NCBI GenBank assembly: GCA_012295275.1
Contig: CM022665.1
Coordinates: 22,630,001 to 22,694,000 of the forward strand
Length of the DNA stretch: 64,000 nt
Direction: 5' to 3'
Source of the DNA: Chrysomallon squamiferum
Taxonomy: Eukaryota; Animalia; Mollusca
Part shown: piece after piece, positions 39,942-53,346 of the stretch
Layout of the letters: each line of letters starts with the position of its first letter
Position numbering within the stretch: the first letter of the stretch is position 1
Notes under the pieces: model-generated
The model's input: only the letters and a program-made list of their open reading frames with translations
Told to the model about the DNA's origin: nothing
Databases searched by the model: none
Position numbers and translations under genes: made by a program

Positions 39942-41039
39942 TGACAACACAGACACAATATTGATACTTTGATCAGCTTTTTCTGTTCAGAGTCACCACC
40001 AGACTGGGTGCAATCATTTGCAATCAGAGACAGACAAAACCATGAATTCACAAAATACACTTATTGAGAAGATTAGTTTCATAATAAAAGAATAAATGTC
40101 TGGAAACATAAACTCCTTTTTTCTAACTTGCCCAGTCATGTAGCCATATTAATTGACACAATGACAGTTTATTGATTATGTATGGGGAAACAAATATTTT
40201 GATTTTCAGTGATTTTTATTCCTCCTTTTTTTGTTTGTTCCTAATACCATAAGATTCTTAAAATATTTGTCAACTAGAATCATTATTATAGAATCTAACT
40301 TTATTGTAATAATTAATATCCTTTCATATTTTCTTTTAATGTTCTTAACAATTATACTAGAATTTTTTAAAGAAGGATTCTTCAAAAAATATGTATGCAG
40401 GTAGCTATAATGCTTTAAACCCACACACACACATTTTAATTTTTATTAATTTTATTGCTTATCACAATAGTAAAACAATTTAATCTTCACTGACAAATCA
40501 AATTAAAGCTATATTCAAGCACCGTGAATTTATCTTGTGGGCTGATCTTTCATTGTCTGCAGAATTACTTATAAACCTGGTTATAAGAGGTTTGACTGTT
40601 CCAATTTATAATAAGAAATTCTAATACAATGAAGCTGTAACAGTATATTTAAAATGCAGTGTCACGTTCATGTTCTCTAATCAGTCTATCACAGGACTTG
40701 TATAGAATTATTAGTTATAGTTGACTGCACAAAATAATTTCAATACAGTCTCATACTTCACTGACAGAAAACACTGCCTGTAACTTAAAAACCATACTTG
40801 TTTTACAAGAACACTGATTGTTTACTTTGTAGTTATTTATTTGATATATCTATTACTTGTACATTTTGATATTTATTTTGAAATCAAGCCAAAATAAAAG
40901 GAATGGAAATATACTGTGCATCCAACAAGTAACTACCCTAGTGCAACAGAAATTAATAATATCTGGGCTGCACAAATTTAGAAAAAAACCCACCCCAAAA
41001 CTGTGGTAATCTCCTTGGCACTGACACATATGTGATGTG

Positions 41040-41086
41040 CTATGTGCTATTCTTTTTCAATTAGCAGCAAAGAATTGTATATATAT

Positions 41087-41135
<49 letters not shown>

Positions 41136-41250
41136 CCTGCCCACACAATGGAAAGTACATATCATGGTCTTTTAATAAAATCAGTTATGTGGAACCATGT
41201 GGTACAAGAAATAGCCCAGAGGGAGTATTGTGAAGAATTGATCCTATAAC
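41040..41250 (+). mobile_element. Degenerate interspersed repeat, copy B, interrupted by a (TATACA)n microsatellite
   Basis: Motifs shared with 10720-10980. Confidence 0.55.
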
Positions 41251-41292
41251 CTATGATAAGTATTTAGCAGTGTTTTTTATATATTCAGTTAC

Positions 41293-41500
41293 CTTTGCTT
41301 TTTCCAGTGCAACTTCAGCTTCTTTCACCTGGTAGCCAATAAACACCTTCTCCTCTATCTTCTCCTCCTGCTGCTTCAGCCAGTAGAGGTATTTCTCTGC
41401 TTCTTCTTGGATCTCCTCCAAGTTGCTATCCATGACATCATACGTCTTCTGTTTCCTCTCAACACTGGAAAGGAGGTCTGCATACTTCCTCTCCTCAGTT
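41293..41500 (-). CDS. SYNE1: SYNE1-like exon (TEERKYADLL...LEKAK)
   Basis: cag/gtaact boundaries, 208 nt, phase 2-0. Confidence 0.9.
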
Positions 41501-43071
41501 CTGTAATCAGATTAATATTTGGTAGCTTTATTTTAATTAAATTTGGTTATGTTGTTGTTATAGTTAAATCAAAAATCAAAATTCAAATTAAATTAAGTCT
41601 CAGTGTAAAAGGTTAACAAATCTCATTGTGTTATAGTAATATTCTGCCATTTTGCAGTAGTATTCTTCATATCAGTAGTTATAAACTTACTGGAAGTATA
41701 TTCATTGGAAGTCAGGTTGATATTTAAGATTGTTAATCTATATTTTTATTTTTCTAAAAAATTGTCCAATGGACAGAATGATTAGTCTTTGTTAATTCCT
41801 TCTTAACTAATTTTGTTTACCTTCAGATAAACATTATTAATGTCTACATAATTAAATATACATATACATACATTCACACAAACATATATATAACATTTAA
41901 AAATAAAATTACTATATACTCTGAGATTATATTTTTTTCTACATCTGTACATATTTATTTTAGTTTAATTATTTTAGTGTATATTCTGAAGTTTATATAA
42001 GCATGCAGCTGTCCAGCTTTCAGTATCATGCATTTAAAAAGATAACAATACTTTTAAAACAAACCAGTATATAAAAGATTTTGCATTAAATTATTTATCA
42101 CAAATAGCAAACAAACAACAAAAAAACAACAACAACAACATGTATTGTTCACATTATCATTTTAAAATTCCATTTATATATTTCCATTCTTATATATTGG
42201 GCGTAAAGATACCAAAAAATCATTTTTTCATCTCTGAAGTAATATTCATCAATCCAAAATTATGGTTCAGCAGGAAAATACAATCATGATATTCTTATCT
42301 TTTAGTTCCAAGACCTCCTCTAACATTTACAAGCAGATTCTGTCAAGCACTAATACAAAGCAGCTCAAGACTAGATTTAATCATAAGGATCCTCAATAAC
42401 AAGAGTGGGCATGAACAAGCACACAGCACAATAGATGTAGTTGCTGGATATATTGATATGATGGTTTCAATACCCTGAGTACAAGAATATATGTTGTACA
42501 TGTTGAAGATAATAATAATAAAGAATCAACAGCCTTACACAGTATCATTGAGCTCCATGTTACTGAAAATATATAATAATGTTGAGTATGTTAAAATATA
42601 TTTTCTTTTGTTTGTTAATGTTTGTTTGTGTATTGTTCTAACTAACTGACACATTTTAAAGCTAGAATGTATGGGTCCAGAAAGACTACCCTGAATAGAC
42701 TAAAACATTAAAAAGTAAATAAATACAATATTTATGAAATATATCATTATTCATAAATACTAATGTCTGTAAAAATATGTATAAAGAAATTGTTAGTATT
42801 GTTGATTTATGAAAACCAATAAACAAAATATATATATATAAAAAAAAAAAAAAAAAAAAATAATAATAAATAAAATAATAATAATAATAAAATGAAATAA
42901 ATAAATAAATACAAAACCAATAATGATAATGAAAGAATATTCAAAAAAATTAAAAATAAAAAAAAAAAAAAAATTATATTTAGATTATTCCTGAAGATGA
43001 ACTAAACTAAAAGAATAGAATTAAATAAAATTAATAGATTTGTTTTGGGATGTTTTACTTTTTATTATATA

Positions 43072-43104
<33 letters not shown>

Positions 43105-43121
43105 GATTATTAAGGGCATTA

Positions 43122-43152
<31 letters not shown>

Positions 43153-44420
43153 CTAAATAAATAAATAAAGCAGTAATATGATTATAATGTTAGTGTGATT
43201 CATTAAATACCGAACATCATCACTGTGTGAAAAAGGTAAACAATGTGTAAGAATTAAATTGACTTAATTATGTTTCTGGAAAGGACTTTGCACATTTATT
43301 TTTATTTTAAATTTTTATCTTTTCAGATGTTTATTTAATAACTTTATTCATACATTAACAATCATTTCATCATTGAGGTGTTTAGTAAAGAATATGCAAG
43401 TGCCTAGTACATGCCTTCAACAACAAAAACAGCAACATGCTTTGTTTTACAGAAAAATCAGTTCTACTTTATATGCAGGTTCAGGTGTTTATTTGCAGCC
43501 ATACCATTGATCTGGGAAGAAAGTTCACTGATTATAAAGTATCAATTACCAGAGTTTAATGTCAACTCACATAAAAATGTACTTCACTGCTTCAGAATAC
43601 AGTATCAAAGAAACATTATTTTGTTGTTCTAGACTGTTTGTAAAAGTCTTCAATGATACAATGGTTAAACCACTTGGCTCGAGATAAATATGAATCAGGA
43701 TCACATTCTCACACCAGACTAAAATGGGGTAAAGCCACTATACCTTCTCTAAAATATTCCTGTTACATATTAATTTTAACACAATTAGGGCAGATGGCTT
43801 CATTACATTCTTACACATTAATTCTTATATTGTTTTTCCTTCAGTGGTGCAGATGTTAAACCACAGACCTAAACAGGAAGGTATACAATATGGATCAAAA
43901 CACAGAGTTGTAAAACTGTTGTATCTTCCAATATCTCTAATGAATCTTCTAATGCACTAACACTACAGTGTTAATATTAACATTGCTTCCATGGTGCAAT
44001 AATTAAACTGCAAACCTCAAGTTAAGCAGGTACCAGGATTATTTTCTGATACAAAACCCAATTTCAAAAAGCATAAGAAAACTGTTATCTCTAACTAATT
44101 CAGTATGAAATTAATATTGATGCTGTTGTGAGCTGACATTTTGAGTTGAAAGTGAAAACTGGGATTGTTTTCTGACAAAAGAAAAATAACAGTTTATCTA
44201 ACACACTAATACTCTTTCATCAGATAAAATAGACTGCTGAACTATGCATGCCCATGGAAGATGTGCTTAGCCCTTCATTGGATAAAAGCATACTTCATAT
44301 GGTTAACAGTATCTGACTGACATTAAACAAAGTTATATTATGTAACACAATGACTAAAGATCTTGTTTCATTCATTGTTTTAATTTTCTTTCATTTTTTT
44401 TTAATTTAAATTCAACTAAC

Positions 44421-44539
44421 CTGACACGATCTTCAACCAATTCTGCATCTTGTGGACTAAGTTTGGAAGCCATTTCATTGACTTTTGTTCGAATGCTGTC
44501 AACTTCATCTTGTCTGGCTGCAAGCTCTTCTGCAAGTTT
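44421..44539 (-). CDS. SYNE1: SYNE1-like exon (KLAEELAARQ...VEDRV)
   Basis: tag/gttagt boundaries, 119 nt, phase 0-2; continues the spectrin repeat begun in exon 58408-58713. Confidence 0.88.
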
Positions 44540-47144
44540 CTAAAATCATAAGAAAAAAAAATTAATATTTACTAATCTTTTATTTTTTAAATTACAGAAT
44601 CAATTAAAAAATGATTTTAAAATAACTGAAAAGAAATTAAAGATTTTATTAGCAAACAATACAAATAACAAATAAATAAATAAATAAAATAAAATATAGC
44701 ATTTGAAAGAATTACTGCCAAATAAATAAAACATGACTAATTTAAAATTCAATAATGTGGCTGAATATACAATTAACAAAATGTTTACAAAAAGCAGGTC
44801 TATTTAAATTTAAAAATCAGTTTCATTCATGTGAGTTTTAAATATGAAATAGTTAAATTTGGTATAAAACCTGGTAAGCTCATAAAACACTAAATACAGT
44901 ACTATTTAGAAACCATTCTTAAATTCTTCACTCTCATGAAGTCTAAATATTTTCATATTAAATGCAGTACAATTACAAAGTATTTGGAAAGAAGAATCAT
45001 ATATATTTTGGGAAAGAGCCAGAATTACACAGTATCAGATAACCATTATTGCAATGACCTTAGTAATGATCAACATAGTATATTCTAAAAGATTCCCAAA
45101 CTGAATAAACAACAAATGTTTTAATACCAAAAATCACAGAGTAAAATGGCCACACAGAGACAAGTTCTTATTCCTTCTTACAAAATGATTTAAATAAATA
45201 TTTATAGTGTTTTTAACATTACTTATACCTGGACATGAAGGCATGGAAAAACTGATCATTCAGCCCATTTTACTATACCTGAGAATACTCAAAACTTTCT
45301 AAAGAAATTTAATATTCTTGATATTTACATGTTTAAATGAAAATAATAAAAATGGACAATTTAGACTTCTGTGAAATGTATAAAATATGTGCTTAACTTT
45401 AAAAAAAAAAAAGCTGCTTAGTATTATTGATAACAAATTTCTGAACATTTCCAGAATTTGTTTTTATTATTGCAAAAAAAAATGAGGACAATTTACTAAA
45501 ATAAAAACAACCAAACCCAAAAGTATTCTGAAACATTTTCTGATATGGAAAAATACATACATTTTTTTTCAAATCTACCAAATATATACACTAATGCAGA
45601 TCCTTTTGGAAATTTATTTGTTTAAATCCATCAGACAAACATGTTTGTTTAAGCTGAAAAGTAATCAGTTTCAACATTAAACAAAACAGGATACAGCAAT
45701 AAGAAATAGCGTCTGTGTGTGTGTGTGTGTGTGTCTGTGTGTGTATTTACACACACACACACACACACACAGACAATAAGAAAGAACTCTTTGTAAATTT
45801 AGAGAATTATGTGTTTGCATAAGTAATTTTATGAATGTCCACTAACCTTGTATAAAAGTGAATACTTAATTATAAGGTAGGACTTTAGATTTTAAAATAC
45901 TGGTATGTACAGTAGATGCTAGAGAAGAAATATAATAAATTAAATTTAAAAAAATATAAAAATAAAACCAAACAAATAAAAAAAATATATATAACACAAA
46001 AACAATAATTATAAATGATAAATAATAATTATAAAATTTTTTTAAAAATAATAAAATTGAAATACTGACATAGCTGGGTAATCTATAAACAGGTGTGTAC
46101 ATTAGCTGTTATTGATGCAGTGAACAATATGTACAATAATGACTGTATGTAACAGTGACTGATAATCAAATATTACTTCATAATGCATGTTCATTATTAA
46201 TCTTATCTATTGTTAGTATTAACATATGTCATCTTCTGATTACTAGTCAGACCGACATGAATTAGTGTAATAAATTGCAACATTAAAGTATTACTGAATA
46301 TTAAATCTGAACATATTTATCTTTTTATAAAAGATATGACGAATTTTGAACTTAGCTCTTTTTTTTTCTCTAATTTCTTGAATTAGGGTATTTTTGTTTT
46401 TGTTGTTATTTTCTTTTTTGTCTGGATTTTATTCTATGATATAGAGAATTCATAACTTGCATAACTTAAATATTTTATTTTTCGGATTAAAATAAAATAT
46501 TTTACCTTAATAAATCATCATTCATATTTAAAAAAATATATATTTTTAATTTTATTTTCATTAAAAAACCCACCTTATACAGAACTAGATAAAAAATACA
46601 TGATCCCTACATACAAGGATTATTTCAGTAAATTTATTTATTTATTTTTATAATTGTTTATTTAAAGTTCTATTAATTCTAAACTAAAAAATACTAGTAT
46701 TTCTATTGAATAGTTTATACCTATGTACAATTTACAATATTTTAACTGTTAGATATTGTGCCAATTCACATGTAAAATAGTTTCTGTGATATTAAGTTTG
46801 TTTCAGAATGCAGTGAAAACTTACCTAATGTTTTTCTTTAATGGTGTTATCATGTTAATGTGATAAAGTTAAATTATTTGTTTCAAAAACAAACCTTTTT
46901 CTTCTTTTTGTTCTTTCTTTTTCTTGACTGTTTTCTGGAACAACTAAGTAATGAATGTCCATTTCCCATAATACAATTTAACCAATCAGCATTTTTCCAG
47001 TATTACATAGACCAAAGAAAATCATTAACAATTTATGTACATGAATAGTTAATCTTTTTTTTCCTTTCAATATTTTCAGCTTCTTAATTATTATTATTTT
47101 TTATAAAGAGTTATTCTCTCCAAATGCCTGAATAATTACATATT

Positions 47145-47510
47145 TATACTCCAGTTAACATTTGACCATCAATAAAACCAGAAACTCAACACATCTCTAT
47201 TTCTGTTAATAATTACTAATTCAACTGTTAAACAGAATACTGAGCTCTTCAGCTGACCAAAGATCAAGTCTTACACATGTAAACTCATTAATATAGTAAT
47301 TATTATTAATCCAAAGATAAATGTCTGACCAAAATTTTAACTAAACGTTAACACATTATACACCACATTATAATTATTAATCCAACAGATATACTGCAAC
47401 TGTCATTTGATCAAAGATTTAATCAAAAGTTCTACACATTTACACCACAGTTTAATTACTAATCCAGCAGTTATACTGCAGTTGACATTTGACCAAAGTT
47501 TAAAACCTAC
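47145..47510. repeat. Degenerate minisatellite, period about 82 bp, about 4 copies
   Basis: tga(c/t)caaa anchors at 47326, 47408 and 47490 with shared acaccaca..taatt..taatcca.cag.tatactgca; more diverged copies at about 47163 and 47254. Confidence 0.75.
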
Positions 47511-50500
47511 GCAGCATATCAGTTGTATAGATCTAACCTGGATCATATGATTTGTCAATAACTGCCAGTCTTAACATGTCAATACACTCTGAGGCTGTTG
47601 TCTGCAGATAAAAGCTCAGTTCAGGTTACACTGTGACATAGAGATCACTCAATGGTTTTCATGTATGTACTTTCTAATAATACTTACTGTTTGTTAAACA
47701 GAGATAATGCCTTTAGTACTATATAATCAATTTTATTTAATTTTCTTTTATGAAGTAATTATTTTATTACAATGCTTTAAATAATTATTTTCAATAAGCA
47801 AGTAAATAAATAAATATATAAATAAATAAATAAATAAATAAATGACAACAATAATAATAGTAATAATAATGAATATAAATTATTTTTAAAAATAATAAAT
47901 AATAAAGAAACAGATTTTGACAATTTATCTATCAAGTTTTATGTTATTATTTGATATCTAAAAATCAAAGAATAAATATAAGACATAAGGGACTCATTAT
48001 TTTTTGCTTATAATTCCACAACAAAAACTATTATGAGAAGGAAAAAAAAAAATATTATTACTATTATTTTATTACTATTGTATTGTTTTTGCTATTTAAG
48101 TATCAAAAACAACTATATTCTTGAAAATTCTTGCTTTATAAACTTAATGTAGCTGATTATAAATACTATCCAACCACAGCACCTTTTTAAGAACTTTAAT
48201 GATTTTCTTTTTAATTTACTGTTTTGAGAAATCATCCCTGATATTCTTTGACTCCAGACATAATTTATTTCATTTTACTCTCTTTACTACATACATACAT
48301 ACATACATACATACATACATACAAACAAACATATTAGGCCAAACAGTGTTGTTTTTTTTATCTAAAAGGTGAAGATTTGACAAAAGCTGTAAAGAATCTT
48401 TTGAAATAAAATAAAATATTTTGGAAAATTATCATAAATGACTATTTTATCCATACCATGTCAAAAAAAAAAAAAAAAAAAAAACCCCACCTGTGAACAT
48501 TGGGAGATTATGAGCAAAGCCAGAAAACTCTTGTCATTTATGATTTAGTATGAGAAAAGAATTACCTCCCATTATACATAAAAAGCACCAATAAATTTAT
48601 AAGCTTTAAATCACTTTTGTTTAGGTTTTTGTTAATTGTGTGAACTCTTTTAATTGTCCTTAATCAAATTAAACCATAAGACTTTAAAAATAATACACCT
48701 TCAACATGCCTATCAAAAAAAATAAAAAAATTGTAAGAAGTCTTTCATTATACCACACAAATTTCAATATTTAATCATAAGTCTTTGCATGAGTATTTAT
48801 TTCATACTGTGATTAATTCATTAATTCACCCATGCATCCAGTTATTTGTTTTATTATTATTGTTTAAAGCTTATTATTAAATAATATATAGTGATGATTA
48901 CATTTTTCTGCAAATTTAGACATGCTTCATAACTGTAATTTACTAATGCAGTTAGTAATGATCAACAATATAATTGCTACATGGCACCTTCAAGATATGC
49001 ACACCAAAACATTCCAGCAATTGTTTTAAATGTTTTTTCAAACACAACTGCATGCAAGTGTACAAATGAAATTTTTTGTAATAATAATAATTCAGATATA
49101 AAATAACTTTTCAATATATCTATCAAATTTATAATCAACAAAACCAATTTTTGATTTAGTACTTTTATTTCTGATATATGCAAAAATAAATAAGAACATG
49201 CATTTAATATACATGTTGCAGATTATAAATAAATAAATAGTTATCATAATTATACATAAAATAGTTGAAATTTTATACAAAATGGCATACAAAAATAAAA
49301 GCCTTTGACCATAATGGAGACTGATTAAAATTGTTTATTCCCAATAATAAAAACTGATAATAAACAAGTAATCTTTCCCAGAGCCATGACAATTAATTAT
49401 GTTCATTCTTCTTTCTTTTTTTATTCTGTTTTTATTAAACAGAAGTTTTGTGTTTATACATGGCTGATTCACATTAAGATTCAGACAGATGTTTTTGTCT
49501 ATATATTTTGACATTTTATTAGTTTTAAAAAAAGTACAGTTTGTTCTTTTCCAATTTTAAAATGCTTATTTTGCACAAATTATAATCTGTATTAGCACAC
49601 AATTATTCTTCAGTTTTCTGGGCACTAACTAATATTAATGTTGAATAATAATCTGTTAATGGTACATAATTTAATTCCTTAAACTAAATAAAAACCATAA
49701 TATCTCACATCACACTATCAACCTTATTAAAAATTAATACTAAAAGAATGTAATATAAATCTTTAAAACGCTATCAAGGTTAACTTTGGTATAATAGATT
49801 ATATGATTAATAAGGACGGAAGAACTGAATTACATTAATTGTAACTTTGGTAGGTTATAAATAGGTATCATAGATAATACATTAGGCATTCAATAAAATC
49901 ATTATGATTTATGTCAGGTAATTGCTTATCACAATAAGCCATTAATATATTACACAAACAATGAAAATTTCACATAATAATTTGCTGAATATATAAAATG
50001 TTTTATAAAAATAAAACAAAATAATAAAAAGATTTGATATTATTAATGATTATTAATGTTTTCTAACAAGTCTAAGTATATGCAAAACACAGTTACTACA
50101 ATAAAAATGTAACAGATACTCAGAATCCAAATTTCACCTTTGGACAAATTAAAAAAAGAATAATGGGATGGATGGATGGAAAAGACGGACACGAATGTAC
50201 ATGGTCAGAAAAAGCCATGCTAACAGTTGTTTGAAAATAAGTACATTTAAATAATTTCCTAACTAATATATTATTTTTAAGGGGAATAAGTTAATTATAA
50301 ATATTATTTTGCTGAAAATTATATATAAAATAACAGAATTAATGGCATTTCATCATCAGTAATAAAAACATTATTTTATTTTTGTTTGTAAAGTTATATC
50401 ATGAAAGATCAAAAGCATTTAATAAAATTTCACTGAATAATGCAATAAAATAAACTGTTTATAATAAGTATGTCTATGCAAAAGCTGAATACTTTTAAAT

Positions 50501-50799
50501 TATTTTATTATTCATACCCTAGCAATACCATTGGACATTTTAGATATTGTTCAAATCATGAGACAGATAATAAAAATGTCTTTCATATTTCATTCAGTTA
50601 CCTTTATTTATTTGAGACAACTATCATCTATTTAATGAGCAACATTCAAAATATAAATTAAAATTAACAAAACAATGGAAATATATCATCATCCCTTCAT
50701 TTTCTTGAAATTATAAACTGAGCATTAGATAGTAGAATCCATTTTCATTTATCAATTTTTAAAACTTTAAACTTTTATTTATTAAAAAAAAAATAAATA

Positions 50800-50843
<44 letters not shown>

Positions 50844-51663
50844 TGATGATGATTTATATATTGATAAAAATTATCACAGATATTTATTAGCAACACAAAC
50901 TGAAACAGAACAGTATATACAGTTTATCACAGACATTAAAAGATCCTTGAATTCTAAAATTTGAATGGAAGAAAAAATATCTCCATTAAAAAGCTTATCA
51001 CAAAATGTCAGGACTTCAGAAATGTTACTTATTATCCTATACAAAATATATGCTAACTATTTCCTACAACTAATGTCTTTGATATTTATTCAAATACATG
51101 AAAGTATTTTATCAATTAAAACATTTTAATAATTAAAAATTAAAATTAAAATTATAAAACATATGCTTCTTTAAAATATAATAATAATAACAAGGAAACA
51201 AACAATACTATCTTTGCTTAATGATTTAATGCTAATCATCATTCATATATTTTTTTTTTTTTTCAATCTATTATTAAGGAAAAAAACAACAAAACAATCA
51301 GAGTAATAATTAGTCTGTGTGTTTTAGTGCACAAATTTTTTAAGTATTAACTTTAGCTATTAAAATAATGTTTGTGTTAACTTTAACAGATCATTTCTAT
51401 ATAACTGAAAATAGAGACACTTGATATTTTCATAATAAAAATACACATGTTCAAGAGGATTAAAATGTCTAAAAAAGACAAAATTATTCTTTGATATTCG
51501 CTTTTATGTAAAATACACAGAATAAATAAATTGATAAAAAGTTTTACATGAAAAAACTTCTTATAATAAGAGATATATTTTGTTTTAAACTGACAAAAAT
51601 ATCACAGATATAAATTAAATAACCATCATTAAATGAGACAGGCATCAAAATACTGTTCACCAA

Positions 51664-53346
51664 CTAGTACCCAAATTTAGTCAGTTCATTTCTGAGATCT
51701 CTTTTCATCTTTGATGACATTTTCTTGAGCTGTCGTGCTGTTGATGCAGCAGCAGATAAAGCATCATCTAAATGGTAACGCCCCATGACACTCTCATAAT
51801 TTGAAGTGCGGTGACGTCGACGTGAAGATGTTCTGATATCAATACCACCTGAGAGTAAATCCATGTCATCATATGAGTGAACGAACTCTCTAACACGGTA
51901 TCTCCTCGGATGAACTAGAACAGGTGGTGGGGGAGCAGGCAGAGCCCTTCTGCTTTCAGGATATGTCATATTTGGATTAACTGGGAGTGCTCTTCGAGAA
52001 GGCAGTTGATAGTTACGAAGTCGCTCAAGTCTTTCATTAACATTGTTCAGATCATCTATGGTAACTCGGCGCTGGGTTGAAACTGGAGATGGTAGTGGAG
52101 CAACTCCATCTACTGGATATGTGCTCATGAAACGTGGCTGGTATTCATATGGCTCAGGTCCATTAACTTCTGGACCAGTAGCTCGGGGAACAGCTGGTTG
52201 AGGAACAGGTGCAAATCCATTTACAAATGAGCCAAATGGAGCATTTCTTGCTACAGCAGGTTCTCCTGTCATTGGTTTAGGTGATTCAAGTTGTGCTGAT
52301 GTTGCACGTGTTCCGAGGCTTGAACGGTTTCTCTGATCAAATGGTGACTCAAAAATACTTCTACTTGCTGTCTGAGATGGTGAACTCCTGTCCCCACTCT
52401 TTATGCGATTTACTTCTTCAAACAGTTCTTGAAATCGACCTTGTCTTTGTCTGCGGGTATTATCTCCTTCTGGAAAAAGCCTTAGAGATGTCTGAGTAGC
52501 CTGCTGAGAACTAGTTTGTGTCATTGCATCTCCCTGTCGACCAGCATTTTTCAAATCCTGGACATCACGATACAACATCTCCAACTGTTCTTTCTGAATT
52601 GACATGTCAGATGCTAAAGAAATATCATCACAGAAACTGCTGTTTGCTGAACTAATTCCTTGCTGCCTTTTAATGTCTTTCACTTCAGAGAGAATACTGC
52701 GTAACAAGTTGCTTTTTGACTTACTTCGTTTCTTAGTTTGAGCACCAATGGAATGAAGTGATAGATTTGATGTTTGTGCTGCTGAATCTTGGGGAAACCT
52801 TTCAGTCTGGGTCTGAATTGAGCGGGGAAACATATGTTCATCAGTTTGAGTTCGAGAATGAGCTGGAGTTTGAGAAGTAGCATTTCTAAGATCCTCAGGA
52901 TTTACAGGCAAAAAGAAGCCTGATACAAAACTAGCTATAGATTCTGTGTCTGAATCTCCAAATACAGTGGGTGTTTCAGAACCTATCCAATCAGATGGTT
53001 CTTCAAGATGGGTGTCAAAACTAGAGGCATGCATTGTGTCTCCTACTGTATCACCATATCCAGACTCCTCACTGTCAGACAAACATCCTGCAGCAGCAGC
53101 ACCTTTCTTTAACTTTTCCACCCGGCTTTGATTCAGAGTTCGATTTAAAGTCCTTGGAGTCATGGATCTGGACAAATTGCCACTGCGGGATCTCTTCATG
53201 GATGGTGATCCTGGAGGCTGGCCTTTTCCTTTGGATGATCCACGTGGTGTTTTCCATCGAAATGAATCATCAGCACTGTTGTCAAGTGGGTTTATATGTT
53301 GACGAGATGTGTTAGGAGTTTGTGTTGACCGACAAGGGCGTTTAGT
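51664..53346 (-). CDS. Putative alternative terminal exon: 560-aa disordered tail with multiple TQT (LC8-type) motifs, SH3 ligands and a C-terminal helix, ending in TAG
   Basis: The 511-aa ORF extends 49 codons upstream without a stop to a pyrimidine-rich acceptor (ctattcctccatcactttgtacag). It is phase 0, matching the donor of exon 58408-58713, and on the same strand as the host gene. Confidence 0.8.
   Translation of the reverse strand, partial: TKRPCRSTQTPNTSRQHINPLDNSADDSFRWKTPRGSSKGKGQPPGSPSMKRSRSGNLSRSMTPRTLNRTLNQSRVEKLKKGAAAAGCLSDSEESGYGDTVGDTMHASSFDTHLEEPSDWIGSETPTVFGDSDTESIASFVSGFFLPVNPEDLRNATSQTPAHSRTQTDEHMFPRSIQTQTERFPQDSAAQTSNLSLHSIGAQTKKRSKSKSNLLRSILSEVKDIKRQQGISSANSSFCDDISLASDMSIQKEQLEMLYRDVQDLKNAGRQGDAMTQTSSQQATQTSLRLFPEGDNTRRQRQGRFQELFEEVNRIKSGDRSSPSQTASRSIFESPFDQRNRSSLGTRATSAQLESPKPMTGEPAVARNAPFGSFVNGFAPVPQPAVPRATGPEVNGPEPYEYQPRFMSTYPVDGVAPLPSPVSTQRRVTIDDLNNVNERLERLRNYQLPSRRALPVNPNMTYPESRRALPAPPPPVLVHPRRYRVREFVHSYDDMDLLSGGIDIRTSSRRRHRTSNYESVMGRYHLDDALSAAASTARQLKKMSSKMKRDLRNELTKFGY

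Noticed and set aside
51664-53199. The 511-aa ORF as an independent nested gene, retrogene or transposon ORF starting at its own ATG
   Set aside because: The frame stays open 49 codons upstream exactly to a phase-matched splice acceptor on the host strand, and I see no RT, transposase or gag motifs or terminal repeats. Independent transcription is not fully excluded.
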